Sequence record: PV764601.1
Reading direction: 5' to 3' (one strand)
DNA length: 64,000 bases
Shown here piece by piece: positions 53,790 through 62,044 of the stretch; position 1 is the stretch's first letter, and the number at the start of each line of letters is the position of its first letter. Both the position numbers and the translations under genes were made by a program. The notes beneath the pieces are model-generated. The model was not told the origin of the DNA, made no database searches, and worked only from the letters and a program-made list of their open reading frames with translations.

Positions 53790-54038
53790 TTAGATTTCGT
53801 CGCCTTCCCAAACGTAGCCTACGCATTGGCCGTCGAGAAGAACGTATTGATTGTTGGTACCGAGGCGCTTGTCAAAGCCTGCATCCTCGAATGTGATTTG
53901 CGAAGGGCCCACCACCTGACCGAGTATCTGAGTCAGGTGTGCAGCAATACCCTCGGGGGTGTTACGTACTCGCACAGTCTCAGCGTAGCTAGTTTGAAAG
54001 TCGCCACGCTGCGGCCGGAACAACACTGAGTAGCTCAC
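53790..54038 (-). CDS. hypothetical protein
   Basis: Probable GTG start after GGAG. Confidence 0.55.
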   Translation of the reverse strand: MSYSVLFRPQRGDFQTSYAETVRVRNTPEGIAAHLTQILGQVVGPSQITFEDAGFDKRLGTNNQYVLLDGQCVGYVWEGDEI

Positions 54039-54039
54039 G

Positions 54040-54285
54040 TCAAACTCCAATCGACACGGTGCTATCAGGCGGCAGGATGACAGCGGTATCATTCAGGAGG
54101 AGGATGGACGTTTGCCCGTTGACCATAGAAGTCAGGGCTTCGGGTTTGAACTTGGCAACGTCATCGGGGAAATAGTGCTTGAGGTTGCGCACAATGTTGA
54201 CTACGGCAGACTGCCTATCTGTCGCAACCGTCAGCATGTGAGTGCCGGGGCCTTGGATGTACGGTCGGTAGATGTATGTGTTCAT
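54040..54285 (-). CDS. hypothetical protein
   Basis: ATGA coupling. Confidence 0.6.
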   Translation of the reverse strand: MNTYIYRPYIQGPGTHMLTVATDRQSAVVNIVRNLKHYFPDDVAKFKPEALTSMVNGQTSILLLNDTAVILPPDSTVSIGV

Positions 54286-54449
54286 GGCTTGGGAGGTCCG
54301 AGGCGCGCTGCGATAGCACGCGCCAGTTCTTGAATGTCAATGATCTGTCCATTCATCAGGGTGATCGTAGGCAAGTCCGTACCGATCTGCTCACGGATGG
54401 ACTGTGCGATACGGGCTGTAACGCTTGTGGTTTCAGGCGCGCTAGTCAT
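54282..54449 (-). CDS. hypothetical protein
   Basis: TAATG coupling, GGAG SD. Confidence 0.55.
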   Translation of the reverse strand: MTSAPETTSVTARIAQSIREQIGTDLPTITLMNGQIIDIQELARAIAARLGPPKP

Positions 54450-54610
54450 TAGAACTCCACGAATCCGCCGCCGGTAGGGCGCAGGTTGGCACCACACAGG
54501 AAGCCAAGGCAGCGTTCCGTATTGGGCATGTTGTAGTAGCCGCAGTAGCTACACTTGATTGCGTCCTTGGGCATGAACAACGGTCGATGCAGAAGCTCAC
54601 ATAGATTCAT
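54449..54610 (-). CDS. small Zn-ribbon-like protein (not in ORF track)
   Basis: MNLCELLHRPLFMPKDAIKCSYCGYYNMPNTERCLGFLCGANLRPTGGGFVEF; fills the gap with coupled ends. Confidence 0.55.
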   Translation of the reverse strand: MNLCELLHRPLFMPKDAIKCSYCGYYNMPNTERCLGFLCGANLRPTGGGFVEF

Positions 54611-54980
54611 TGGATTCTACCTGTACTTGGGTGGGCCTGCGGCTCTTGGCTGCATACGCTGCCTCCCGAAGGTTGCTAAGGTACTTCACTGCATCAGCGC
54701 GACTCCACGCGTGAACCATATGCGGGTCCTTGGTGGTGTCGTCCTCGGTGATGATGCCGCTGTGCATAGCGCTATCCCACTCAATCGAGATAACGCGCTT
54801 GCGCCAACCGATGCGAACACCACCGAAGTCAGTGCCTACGACGAACCAAGGACTTTCGGCTCGCAGCTGTTCGTACAGGGAGGTGCGAGGCCAATAGTCG
54901 TTCGGAATCTCAGTGATGCTGGTGACCTTGAAACCTGCAAGGTCGAACATCGTATACGCGGTCAGTAGATCGAATTTCAT
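54597..54980 (-). CDS. hypothetical protein
   Basis: GGAG SD, ATGA coupling. Confidence 0.65.
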   Translation of the reverse strand: MKFDLLTAYTMFDLAGFKVTSITEIPNDYWPRTSLYEQLRAESPWFVVGTDFGGVRIGWRKRVISIEWDSAMHSGIITEDDTTKDPHMVHAWSRADAVKYLSNLREAAYAAKSRRPTQVQVESNESM

Positions 54981-55177
54981 TTCAGCTTCTCCGCAGCCTT
55001 GTCCATGATCTTGAGTTCTTTGCGCTGCTCGGCCTTGCAAATCTTGATGATCTTGTCCAGTGCCGGGTGGACCCGTCCACCGTAGAAGCAACCGCTTTCG
55101 CACAGGGACTGGATCGCACCAAACATGGTCAGGTTGGTATGAGCCTCAGCGTGCTGGGTCAACAGGGTCTTGCTCAT
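54977..55177 (-). CDS. hypothetical protein
   Basis: Coupled ORF. Confidence 0.6.
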   Translation of the reverse strand: MSKTLLTQHAEAHTNLTMFGAIQSLCESGCFYGGRVHPALDKIIKICKAEQRKELKIMDKAAEKLK

Positions 55178-55344
55178 TTGCGCTTCCCCTTCTTTCGGGT
55201 GTACTTACTCTTGCCCCGCCTGCGCGGCTCGGGCTTGCTGTGAGTGTGGATGCGATGCCCTTCCCATGTAAACATTCCATCAGAGGGATACGTTCGGGGC
55301 CGTGGCACAGGGAACTCTGTGATGGTATCAGTAGGTCCTAGCAT
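55174..55344 (-). CDS. small basic protein (not in ORF track)
   Basis: 56 aa ending RRRGKSKYTRKKGKRK; coupled at both ends. Confidence 0.55.
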   Translation of the reverse strand: MLGPTDTITEFPVPRPRTYPSDGMFTWEGHRIHTHSKPEPRRRGKSKYTRKKGKRK

Positions 55345-55661
55345 CAGAAAGGAATATCCTCGTCATTGAGTGGAACGCTGTGATCCTCGTAATCATGATG
55401 ATCCGGCTGCGGCTTAGGCGCACGCTTCGCACGTGCCTCTTCCTGCACAGGGTTGCCCGGTCGCCACTCGTTGACACAGACGTAATGATGACCCGAGCCC
55501 TTGGATGCCAACACGTTGAGGCGTACCACGTCGGACTTCTGCTCGCGTAGGAATGCAATGAATTCCTCAACGTCGAGGGTCAGTGCCGTAACGGCGTGTC
55601 GGGGTGCGTGCATCGGTGGACGATAGGCCCGCATGCCCTGCGGGAATTTGATCTTGCTCAT
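55344..55661 (-). CDS. Putative ssDNA-binding protein with SSB-like acidic tail
   Basis: Ends LNDEDIPF, like the SSB C-terminal DDIPF. Confidence 0.55.
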   Translation of the reverse strand: MSKIKFPQGMRAYRPPMHAPRHAVTALTLDVEEFIAFLREQKSDVVRLNVLASKGSGHHYVCVNEWRPGNPVQEEARAKRAPKPQPDHHDYEDHSVPLNDEDIPF

Positions 55662-55984
55662 GGTTGGTTCCATTCAATGTCAACAGGGACGGCTCCCACA
55701 GAGCCCATGTACGGTTCGTAGTTCAGGTCGGCGCGCAGAGTGTATCGACCCTCCCAGCAAATGCAGCCCTTGATCGTCAGGTAGATGGGTTGGTCCTGTT
55801 CGTCACGTGCGACAATGTTGCCTACGTGAGCGCTTACAGTCATTTGCTCCACGGTGCCTTTCAGGTAGAAGGGAACTTCGCCTATTCGGGCTACTTCGCG
55901 TATCGTACGTGCATCCCAAATCTCAGCGGTCTTGCCCACAAGCTGATCGGCTATTCGGTTGAGTTCATCCTCATTGAAAATCAT
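55658..55984 (-). CDS. hypothetical protein
   Basis: Coupled ORF. Confidence 0.65.
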   Translation of the reverse strand: MIFNEDELNRIADQLVGKTAEIWDARTIREVARIGEVPFYLKGTVEQMTVSAHVGNIVARDEQDQPIYLTIKGCICWEGRYTLRADLNYEPYMGSVGAVPVDIEWNQP

Positions 55985-56331
55985 TGCACGCCGTCTCCGA
56001 AGATGTTTGACAGGTCGTTGTGGTAGTTGATGTGATCGAACTGTTCGGCCAATGTCTTGTGTCCCTTGGCAACTAACCGTTCGTCAATCAGGTCGAGGGC
56101 AGCACGGTAGGAACCGTATACCTTTTGGTAGGCTTCACGCTCAGGGTCCACCACGTTGAGGGGTACCGGCTCCCCGAACAGGTGTAGGCAGAATTCAGAA
56201 CACAGGTCTTCGATGATCCAACGATGACCGTCGCTTTGCTCAATGCGGATGCCAAGTTGGTTGGCTGCAAGCATACGAAGGGCGAGCAGTTCCCAGTCAA
56301 TAACCATTGCTTTACTCCAATCGGTACTCAT
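55981..56331 (-). CDS. hypothetical protein
   Basis: ATGA coupling. Confidence 0.65.
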   Translation of the reverse strand: MSTDWSKAMVIDWELLALRMLAANQLGIRIEQSDGHRWIIEDLCSEFCLHLFGEPVPLNVVDPEREAYQKVYGSYRAALDLIDERLVAKGHKTLAEQFDHINYHNDLSNIFGDGVQ

Positions 56332-56720
56332 GCGTATGGATCCGTGTCTTGAAGGTGTAGGCACCACACGTCTTCGGTGACGCCTGCGTCGGAGGGATGC
56401 GGGTCCCACGCCAACTGTCCATCCTTGTAGATGACAGTGTGATGCCCTCGGCCTCTTACCGTGGGACCGCTTACGAGATACACACCCTGTTTGTGCTTGG
56501 TGGTGTACTTGATGTAGAGCCCGTGCTCAACCAAGAAGCTTTCAACGCTCTCCCAAAAGTCAGATGCGTCGTCTTCGCTACGGTTGAATTCGGGAACGGC
56601 GCTTAGGGGAATTTGCAGCAGGGTGGCAATAGCCGCCTCAGTGCAGTTACCTGTCTTCGAGTTGGGGCCCACGAACTTGGTTTGGCGCACTGCTTTGGAC
56701 AGGTCAAAGTCTGGGATCAT
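56328..56720 (-). CDS. Putative papain-like (C39-like) cysteine hydrolase
   Basis: GNCTEAAIATLL..GHHTVIYKDG..WDPHP gives a Cys-His-Asp order; GGAGG SD. Confidence 0.5.
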   Translation of the reverse strand: MIPDFDLSKAVRQTKFVGPNSKTGNCTEAAIATLLQIPLSAVPEFNRSEDDASDFWESVESFLVEHGLYIKYTTKHKQGVYLVSGPTVRGRGHHTVIYKDGQLAWDPHPSDAGVTEDVWCLHLQDTDPYA

Positions 56721-56740
56721 ATCGTCCTCCTTGTATCCTA

Positions 56741-56765
56741 TATTTACAGGATTGCCATTTTGGCA
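56741..56765 (-). promoter_or_regulatory. TGTAAATA promoter with adjacent TGCCA-N3-TGGCA operator
   Basis: TATTTACA 56741-56748; TGCCATTTTGGCA 56753-56765. Confidence 0.65.
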
Positions 56766-56786
56766 ACCTCTCATTATTTCCGGCAA

Positions 56787-56816
56787 AAGAAAAGGCCCCA
56801 ATTGGGGCCTTTTCTT
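56787..56816 (-). terminator. Palindromic terminator
   Basis: Perfect 30-bp palindrome AAGAAAAGGCCCCAA/TTGGGGCCTTTTCTT. Confidence 0.75.
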
Positions 56817-57136
56817 CAACGCATCAAATCGCCATAGCCGTCAGACTTGGTTTCAACGATGTCCAGGATCACGCTGATTGCATTGCACACTGCCAGCACA
56901 GGAGCAGCAACCACAGCGAACATCACCAGCTTGGACGCCTCACCGCCGTTGTCACCGCCAGAAATCAGGACAGACAGCATGGCAGTCACGGGGATAATCA
57001 GGATGCTGACCACGGTGGCCAAGAACTGGAGGCCACCCTTCTTCAAATGTCCTGCGTAGAAGTTGTGGAACCCCAGCATGCCCGTGAGCAGCGCGATGAT
57101 GATGTAGAGGCCACGATTACGGGTAGAGTATGGCAT
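56816..57136 (-). CDS. TM2-domain membrane protein
   Basis: YIIIALLTGMLGFHNFYAGHLKKG. Confidence 0.75.
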   Translation of the reverse strand: MPYSTRNRGLYIIIALLTGMLGFHNFYAGHLKKGGLQFLATVVSILIIPVTAMLSVLISGGDNGGEASKLVMFAVVAAPVLAVCNAISVILDIVETKSDGYGDLMR

Positions 57137-57146
57137 GAGTCTTTCC

Positions 57147-57449
57147 TTATGGTTTGATTGAATTGAGCACGCGACCAGCAAACGGAACCAAGCAGAGATT
57201 GCCGTCGATCACAGTGGTCATTTGTTCCAGTGCATCATCGCCTAACGAAGTGTTGGGCGATTCGTAGTAGCCGCCGTCCATCACGTCTTCGGTCTTGTTC
57301 TGTAGCACATGATCCATTGCCTCGGCGAGGTCACGTGGGTGCAGCGTCCTGCTGGCCTTCTCTAGCTCGTCAGCTACTTCGGTCTTACCTGCACGGCGCA
57401 GTACATTGAGCGCCATCGTGAAAGCTCCCGAATCTACAATGTGCATCAT
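57147..57449 (-). CDS. hypothetical protein
   Basis: Coupled ORF. Confidence 0.6.
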   Translation of the reverse strand: MMHIVDSGAFTMALNVLRRAGKTEVADELEKASRTLHPRDLAEAMDHVLQNKTEDVMDGGYYESPNTSLGDDALEQMTTVIDGNLCLVPFAGRVLNSIKP

Positions 57450-57691
57450 GGCGCCTTGAGTTCCTCTTCGGTGAAGTATTCGATGCTCTTGACGCACTTG
57501 ACGTTACCGGAACCTGCTTCGATCAGCACGCCGTTGTGTCGAGGGCACCATTCTTTAGCGTGACGATTGGACTTGATCGTAAGCACGTTGATCCATACAA
57601 TCATGCCGACAACGAACGTAACGCACACCACTATGGCAGCACGGCCGATGAACAACCACCAATCATCTACGATCCTAAGTAGCTTCTTCAT
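57446..57691 (-). CDS. small membrane protein
   Basis: Hydrophobic helix followed by C..C. Confidence 0.6.
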   Translation of the reverse strand: MKKLLRIVDDWWLFIGRAAIVVCVTFVVGMIVWINVLTIKSNRHAKEWCPRHNGVLIEAGSGNVKCVKSIEYFTEEELKAP

Positions 57692-58038
57692 AGGTCAATC
57701 CCATAGACTGCAAACAGCAAAGCCACTGCTTTGTTGTTGTCGATCTTTCGGTCCACCACGTCCTGTAGAATCTGGCGCGTCTGCTCTTGCTGGGAAACGG
57801 TAGGACCGTTCACAGAGTCGGCGCAGATTTGTGCCATCGGAAGGAAGTGGAAACGGACGGGTTTGCCGTCATCATCCACTACAACGTGGTCGGTGTTCTC
57901 AACCGTCCACCACTCTTCGAGCAACGTCCTCTTGCCTCCCGAACCAAACTTGGTGCGCTTGTTGTAGAGGGGACGGAACTTGGTGGTCTGTTCTTTGAGC
58001 CAGTGTTCCTGCGGCTTCGGTGCGACAATGTGTGTCAT
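57688..58038 (-). CDS. hypothetical protein
   Basis: AGGA SD. Confidence 0.65.
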   Translation of the reverse strand: MTHIVAPKPQEHWLKEQTTKFRPLYNKRTKFGSGGKRTLLEEWWTVENTDHVVVDDDGKPVRFHFLPMAQICADSVNGPTVSQQEQTRQILQDVVDRKIDNNKAVALLFAVYGIDL

Positions 58039-58445
58039 TTTCGATTCCTGTTAACGGCGTAATCAACGCTGAGTTGCCATACGTTGTCACCGGGAGCGTA
58101 TCCACTCAAAGGCCCTTGGATCAGGAAGGTGCCCTCTAGGGAAACACCTTCTACCAGTCGGTTCTTCTTGAACGTGCGTGGGTGCAGCGGACGCTTGACC
58201 TCGGTCCTAGCACGTTCAAACTCAGCTACCATATCCTCTGGACCGAACGCAATCAGCGCAGAGGTTTGAACTACGAGGGTCCAATCGGTGTTGAGGATTT
58301 CGTCTCTACTGAGGGGCTTACTCATCGGTAAGTGGTTGCCCTCAAGGAGGCGATCTATCGAAAGAATCAAAGGGTAGGGCTTACCGTACAACTCGGACAG
58401 TGTCACCACGCGTGGACGTGGAGGGCCAAGGCCAGTACCATTCAT
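58035..58445 (-). CDS. hypothetical protein
   Basis: GGAG SD before ATG 58445. Confidence 0.6.
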   Translation of the reverse strand: MNGTGLGPPRPRVVTLSELYGKPYPLILSIDRLLEGNHLPMSKPLSRDEILNTDWTLVVQTSALIAFGPEDMVAEFERARTEVKRPLHPRTFKKNRLVEGVSLEGTFLIQGPLSGYAPGDNVWQLSVDYAVNRNRK

Positions 58446-58573
58446 GCGGTCTTCTCCACACGTTGAGGAAAGACGATTGCTCCATGCGCGAACAGGAGCG
58501 GCGTTACACTCGGGTCGCCGTACCAAAATTCCTCGCTCTTGATCGAGGCACCCAGCATGGTGCGTAGCGAACG

Positions 58574-58771
58574 TCACAATGGATAATACCCTGTGTTCAA
58601 AATCGTACCGTCGGTCAGTTCGTACAGGTAGATAGGCTTGACAACAGGCTTGCATCCCAAGTCTCGGTACATCTTGGAAGGGTGGCGTACCCGCTCTAGC
58701 AAGATTGCTTTGTACTCGGCTATGGTCGTGCCATGCACTACCTGCATCTTGTCAATCCATTTGCCCATCAT
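58574..58771 (-). CDS. hypothetical protein
   Basis: AAGGAG SD. Confidence 0.55.
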   Translation of the reverse strand: MMGKWIDKMQVVHGTTIAEYKAILLERVRHPSKMYRDLGCKPVVKPIYLYELTDGTILNTGYYPL

Positions 58772-59078
58772 TTCTCTCCTTGCGTTCGGGCAGCCGTTTC
58801 AGCGACCGCATCATTTCGTCCACTGCCTCCCACGATTCGCAGTTGGCAAGGTAGCACCATTCGGTGCTCCACACGTGCACGACGATGCCGCCCTTCGGAT
58901 ACTCGCCGTCGATAAACGGCGTCTTGGTGTAGACCGCTCGGTACTTGCGGCCGTTCTCCAACTCGTACTCACGCGGCTCTGTGCTACACTGGCACTTGTG
59001 CCACTTTCGGTCGCATAGACCGCAGGTATCTGGACAGATGCAGTCCATACACGAATACGATCCACAGTGGCAAGTCAT
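58752..59078 (-). CDS. hypothetical protein with Cys-rich N-terminus
   Basis: CHCGSYSCMDCICPDTCGLCDRKWHKCQC. Confidence 0.65.
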   Translation of the reverse strand: MTCHCGSYSCMDCICPDTCGLCDRKWHKCQCSTEPREYELENGRKYRAVYTKTPFIDGEYPKGGIVVHVWSTEWCYLANCESWEAVDEMMRSLKRLPERKERNDGQMD

Positions 59079-59093
59079 CGTCGGTCTCCTTGG

Positions 59094-59507
59094 TTACAGG
59101 AACTTGCTGGGGTCGAAGCTCACGTTGAGCAACGTGAATTGAGGACCAGCCACGAACATGCCAACCTCTGCACCAATGCGAATGTCCGGATTGGTGAACA
59201 CAATGATTGCACTCTCATCACCCTCAGCAATACTCTTCATGACCGTACTGACAAGATCGGCCGCACCTTCGTAGGCGTGGGGTGGGCAGATGAGCGAGAC
59301 AACACCGGCGCGACGGTAGGGACTCGGGTTGAGGAACCCTGCGCTTTCCAGCGCAGTCATCACGTCATCCAGATTGTAGTTGCCTGCGTCGTACTCTTCC
59401 AGAATCGGACGCGTGAGATTGAACAAGCGGTCGGTGATACGGGGCACGTCTGCTGCATCTGCGGCAGGAGCATCGCTGGGCCAACGGATTTGCAAAATGA
59501 TTTTCAT
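59094..59507 (-). CDS. hypothetical protein
   Basis: ATGA coupling. Confidence 0.65.
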   Translation of the reverse strand: MKIILQIRWPSDAPAADAADVPRITDRLFNLTRPILEEYDAGNYNLDDVMTALESAGFLNPSPYRRAGVVSLICPPHAYEGAADLVSTVMKSIAEGDESAIIVFTNPDIRIGAEVGMFVAGPQFTLLNVSFDPSKFL

Positions 59508-60283
59508 GGGTATGCCTCAAAGGTAAAGTCAGTCAGCTGCCGCGACAAAGCGTAAGCTGGATTGGATGAATGACACTCGGTAACAAACTCGTTGGGATCA
59601 AGCGGCGACGTACTAAGCATCACCACCTTGTTTGATTCCCGTAACCGCGCAGGGCTTCGCACCAACACACCTCCATTGAACCCAACCTCCGCTACGGGTA
59701 GCTGGGGCACGTCATCAATGAAGTTGAAAGCCACGATCCCGTCGTCGGTCAACACACTACGTAGCTCCCGCAGGAACTCGGTTGAAAAGAACTGCTGGCC
59801 CATCGTGTTGTTCTCGAAGGGGTAGCAGTCCACCAGCACGAAATCAAGGTACCCAGCTTCGGTACGCTTGACCACTTGCACTGCATCGCCCTTAATGACT
59901 GGTCCGACGTCAGGCCACAGCTTTGCCACCGCGATCATTTCGGGACTTGCTTCGACAGACACTAGGGCTACATCGGGCCACGTGTAGCGAATGTAACGCG
60001 AGGCATTGCCGCCACCTAAACCCAGCACCAGCGCACGCCTATTGCTTTGACGGCGGCACAGCATCCACAAACCGGACATGGCTGAGTACAGGTATGGGAA
60101 CGACAGGTAAGACGGAAGGTGCGTGTGCACCCCTGTGTGCAGCGAACAACTGGACGCCTCAACTTGCTGACCAATCTGTAGCTCTATGGCGCAGGTTACG
60201 ATGTACTCAACATCGGGAGTGCTCTCATCCACTGCAATGTAGACAGCTGAACTCCCGGTGCCGTACTTGGCTAAAATCCTCAT
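59504..60283 (-). CDS. Spermidine-synthase-like class I SAM-dependent transferase
   Basis: RALVLGLGGG, VSVEASPEM, IKGDA, DFVLVDCY, FFSTEFL..L..DGIVAFN. Confidence 0.8.
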   Translation of the reverse strand: MRILAKYGTGSSAVYIAVDESTPDVEYIVTCAIELQIGQQVEASSCSLHTGVHTHLPSYLSFPYLYSAMSGLWMLCRRQSNRRALVLGLGGGNASRYIRYTWPDVALVSVEASPEMIAVAKLWPDVGPVIKGDAVQVVKRTEAGYLDFVLVDCYPFENNTMGQQFFSTEFLRELRSVLTDDGIVAFNFIDDVPQLPVAEVGFNGGVLVRSPARLRESNKVVMLSTSPLDPNEFVTECHSSNPAYALSRQLTDFTFEAYP

Positions 60284-60678
60284 TCGCCCACCGGACCGTA
60301 GCGAATGATTTTGTCGAGCGTATCTTGGATCATGGTCTTGCTGCTACCGTCTGGAAGGTGGACAACCCATTCACCATACGACCGAATGTCCATAGTCCAC
60401 CCACCTACCAACGTCGGGCTCCTACGTATCCGCAGGCGAGTGTTGCGCTTGGGCTCGATCAGGTACTGGGTTTGATCGTCGCTAATGGCCTCAAGGTATT
60501 CGTAACCTGGGTACTTGCGGTAGCGAGGATCGTCCACTGGCATCTTGCCCGTAAGATGCACAGCTTTGTTGGGGCCGAGGTCAGGCAGGTGGCCTTCACG
60601 GAACACAGGTTCGCCATCTTGTGTCATCCACAACGTGTGCCCATCGGCCTTGGTCCATCCTGTGAGCTTGACGGTCAT
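60280..60678 (-). CDS. hypothetical protein
   Basis: GGAGG SD, ATGA coupling. Confidence 0.65.
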   Translation of the reverse strand: MTVKLTGWTKADGHTLWMTQDGEPVFREGHLPDLGPNKAVHLTGKMPVDDPRYRKYPGYEYLEAISDDQTQYLIEPKRNTRLRIRRSPTLVGGWTMDIRSYGEWVVHLPDGSSKTMIQDTLDKIIRYGPVGE

Positions 60679-60830
60679 GCGGTAGCCTCCTTGTTGGGCA
60701 GCAGCTTCATGATCTTCTGGACCAACGCGCTAGACAGCCACACCTTCTTGCCGGTCTTTACGTCGGTGGCCACCACGGGACCGTATGGGCAGGTGGGTCG
60801 AGTTGCTTTGCACAGCGGGCAATCATTCAT
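60675..60830 (-). CDS. small Cys-containing protein
   Basis: MNDCPLCKATRPTC; GGAGG SD. Confidence 0.55.
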   Translation of the reverse strand: MNDCPLCKATRPTCPYGPVVATDVKTGKKVWLSSALVQKIMKLLPNKEATA

Positions 60831-61341
60831 CGTGGGCCTCCCTACACTCTGCCTGTTCTGCCTCACGCTTGGCCCGGATGACCCACGCGGCTTTGTGTTG
60901 TGGATGCAGCTGACTCCAGTAAGCAGGGCGGTTCTCTCGCTTGACTGCGTTGTGCTGGTGTTCGCACCACAGTTCGTAGGCACGATCCCCATACTGCAAA
61001 ATGTCGGTCTCCAACTGCAACCGCTCTGCCTCGCGTTCTTCGTTGCGGCGGCGCAGCTGCCGGGCCATGCGCAGACTGGCAATTTCGCTGGTCACCATAG
61101 CGACGGCCAACGCTTCCATGTCGTGACTGTCGGCTCCACGCTCAATAAAGTGGGTGAGCACTGGTTGGATCGCAGCATGCAACGCCGCGTCAAACTCTTG
61201 GCCCATGTCACTGAGGGTTTCAGCTGGGGTGTACAGTCGAGTGTACGTGTTGGCCTTCGGAATCTGCTGGAAGGCAGGCGCAGGCATAGTCACGGTTCCA
61301 GTGACCACACGTGGGGGTTTGCTCAGGTCAATTGTGTCCAT
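60823..61341 (-). CDS. hypothetical protein
   Basis: GGAGA SD. Confidence 0.7.
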   Translation of the reverse strand: MDTIDLSKPPRVVTGTVTMPAPAFQQIPKANTYTRLYTPAETLSDMGQEFDAALHAAIQPVLTHFIERGADSHDMEALAVAMVTSEIASLRMARQLRRRNEEREAERLQLETDILQYGDRAYELWCEHQHNAVKRENRPAYWSQLHPQHKAAWVIRAKREAEQAECREAHDE

Positions 61342-61383
61342 TGTCTCTCCACAGTGCGTCGGTGATTGCTTGTTCGTGGTTGG

Positions 61384-61515
61384 TCATACCAACATTTCCT
61401 TATCGCAATGATCGCACGTGACTACGGAACCTCGTTGATCGCCTTCGACCTCAAAGGTGTTGTCACAATACGGACAGTCTACGTGGGTGTATAACATGCT
61501 GACGGCTTCTTCCAT
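61384..61515 (-). CDS. small Zn-ribbon protein
   Basis: CPYC..CDHC. Confidence 0.55.
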   Translation of the reverse strand: MEEAVSMLYTHVDCPYCDNTFEVEGDQRGSVVTCDHCDKEMLV

Positions 61516-61781
61516 CAGAGCACACTCGGTACGTGGTGGATGATCCCGAACTGCTCGCCAGTGGGGAACGGCCACACTACCACGTCGTTGACCGCCAAGT
61601 GTTGGGCCTTGACGCTCAGGTAGCTGACGCTATGGCTGTGACGGTGGGGAACCACACGCAGCAACAGGTGGTCGGGATCGAGGCTGGCTTCGTACACCTT
61701 GGCGAAGCTAGGCGGGTGCAGCCAGCAGTTCCTTTCTTCGCTCCAACCCGAGATTGGTTGGATGGTCAGATCGAAGGTCAT
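61515..61781 (-). CDS. hypothetical protein
   Basis: GAGG SD, TGATG coupling. Confidence 0.6.
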   Translation of the reverse strand: MTFDLTIQPISGWSEERNCWLHPPSFAKVYEASLDPDHLLLRVVPHRHSHSVSYLSVKAQHLAVNDVVVWPFPTGEQFGIIHHVPSVL

Positions 61782-62044
61782 AGATCACCTCGGGCGCTCT
61801 TGCATTGGGTGGGACGGTCGGCCCCATCTTTGGTCAGTAGATGGAACACCGTAGCGCCTAGCAACGCAGGCCACGTGGCGCTGACGATCCCAGCTTCGGT
61901 GATGGTCAACATGCCACCGGCCTCACCGGGGCATTCCTTGGCGTACTGGCGCTCCACGATGCCGGTGATTAGACCACCTAGCATCAGGTAGATGCACAGC
62001 TTGGTGAAGAACTCGGTCTTGATGTTGAAGGTCTTGTTGGTCAT
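61778..62044 (-). CDS. small membrane protein
   Basis: Two hydrophobic segments. Confidence 0.6.
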   Translation of the reverse strand: MTNKTFNIKTEFFTKLCIYLMLGGLITGIVERQYAKECPGEAGGMLTITEAGIVSATWPALLGATVFHLLTKDGADRPTQCKSARGDL

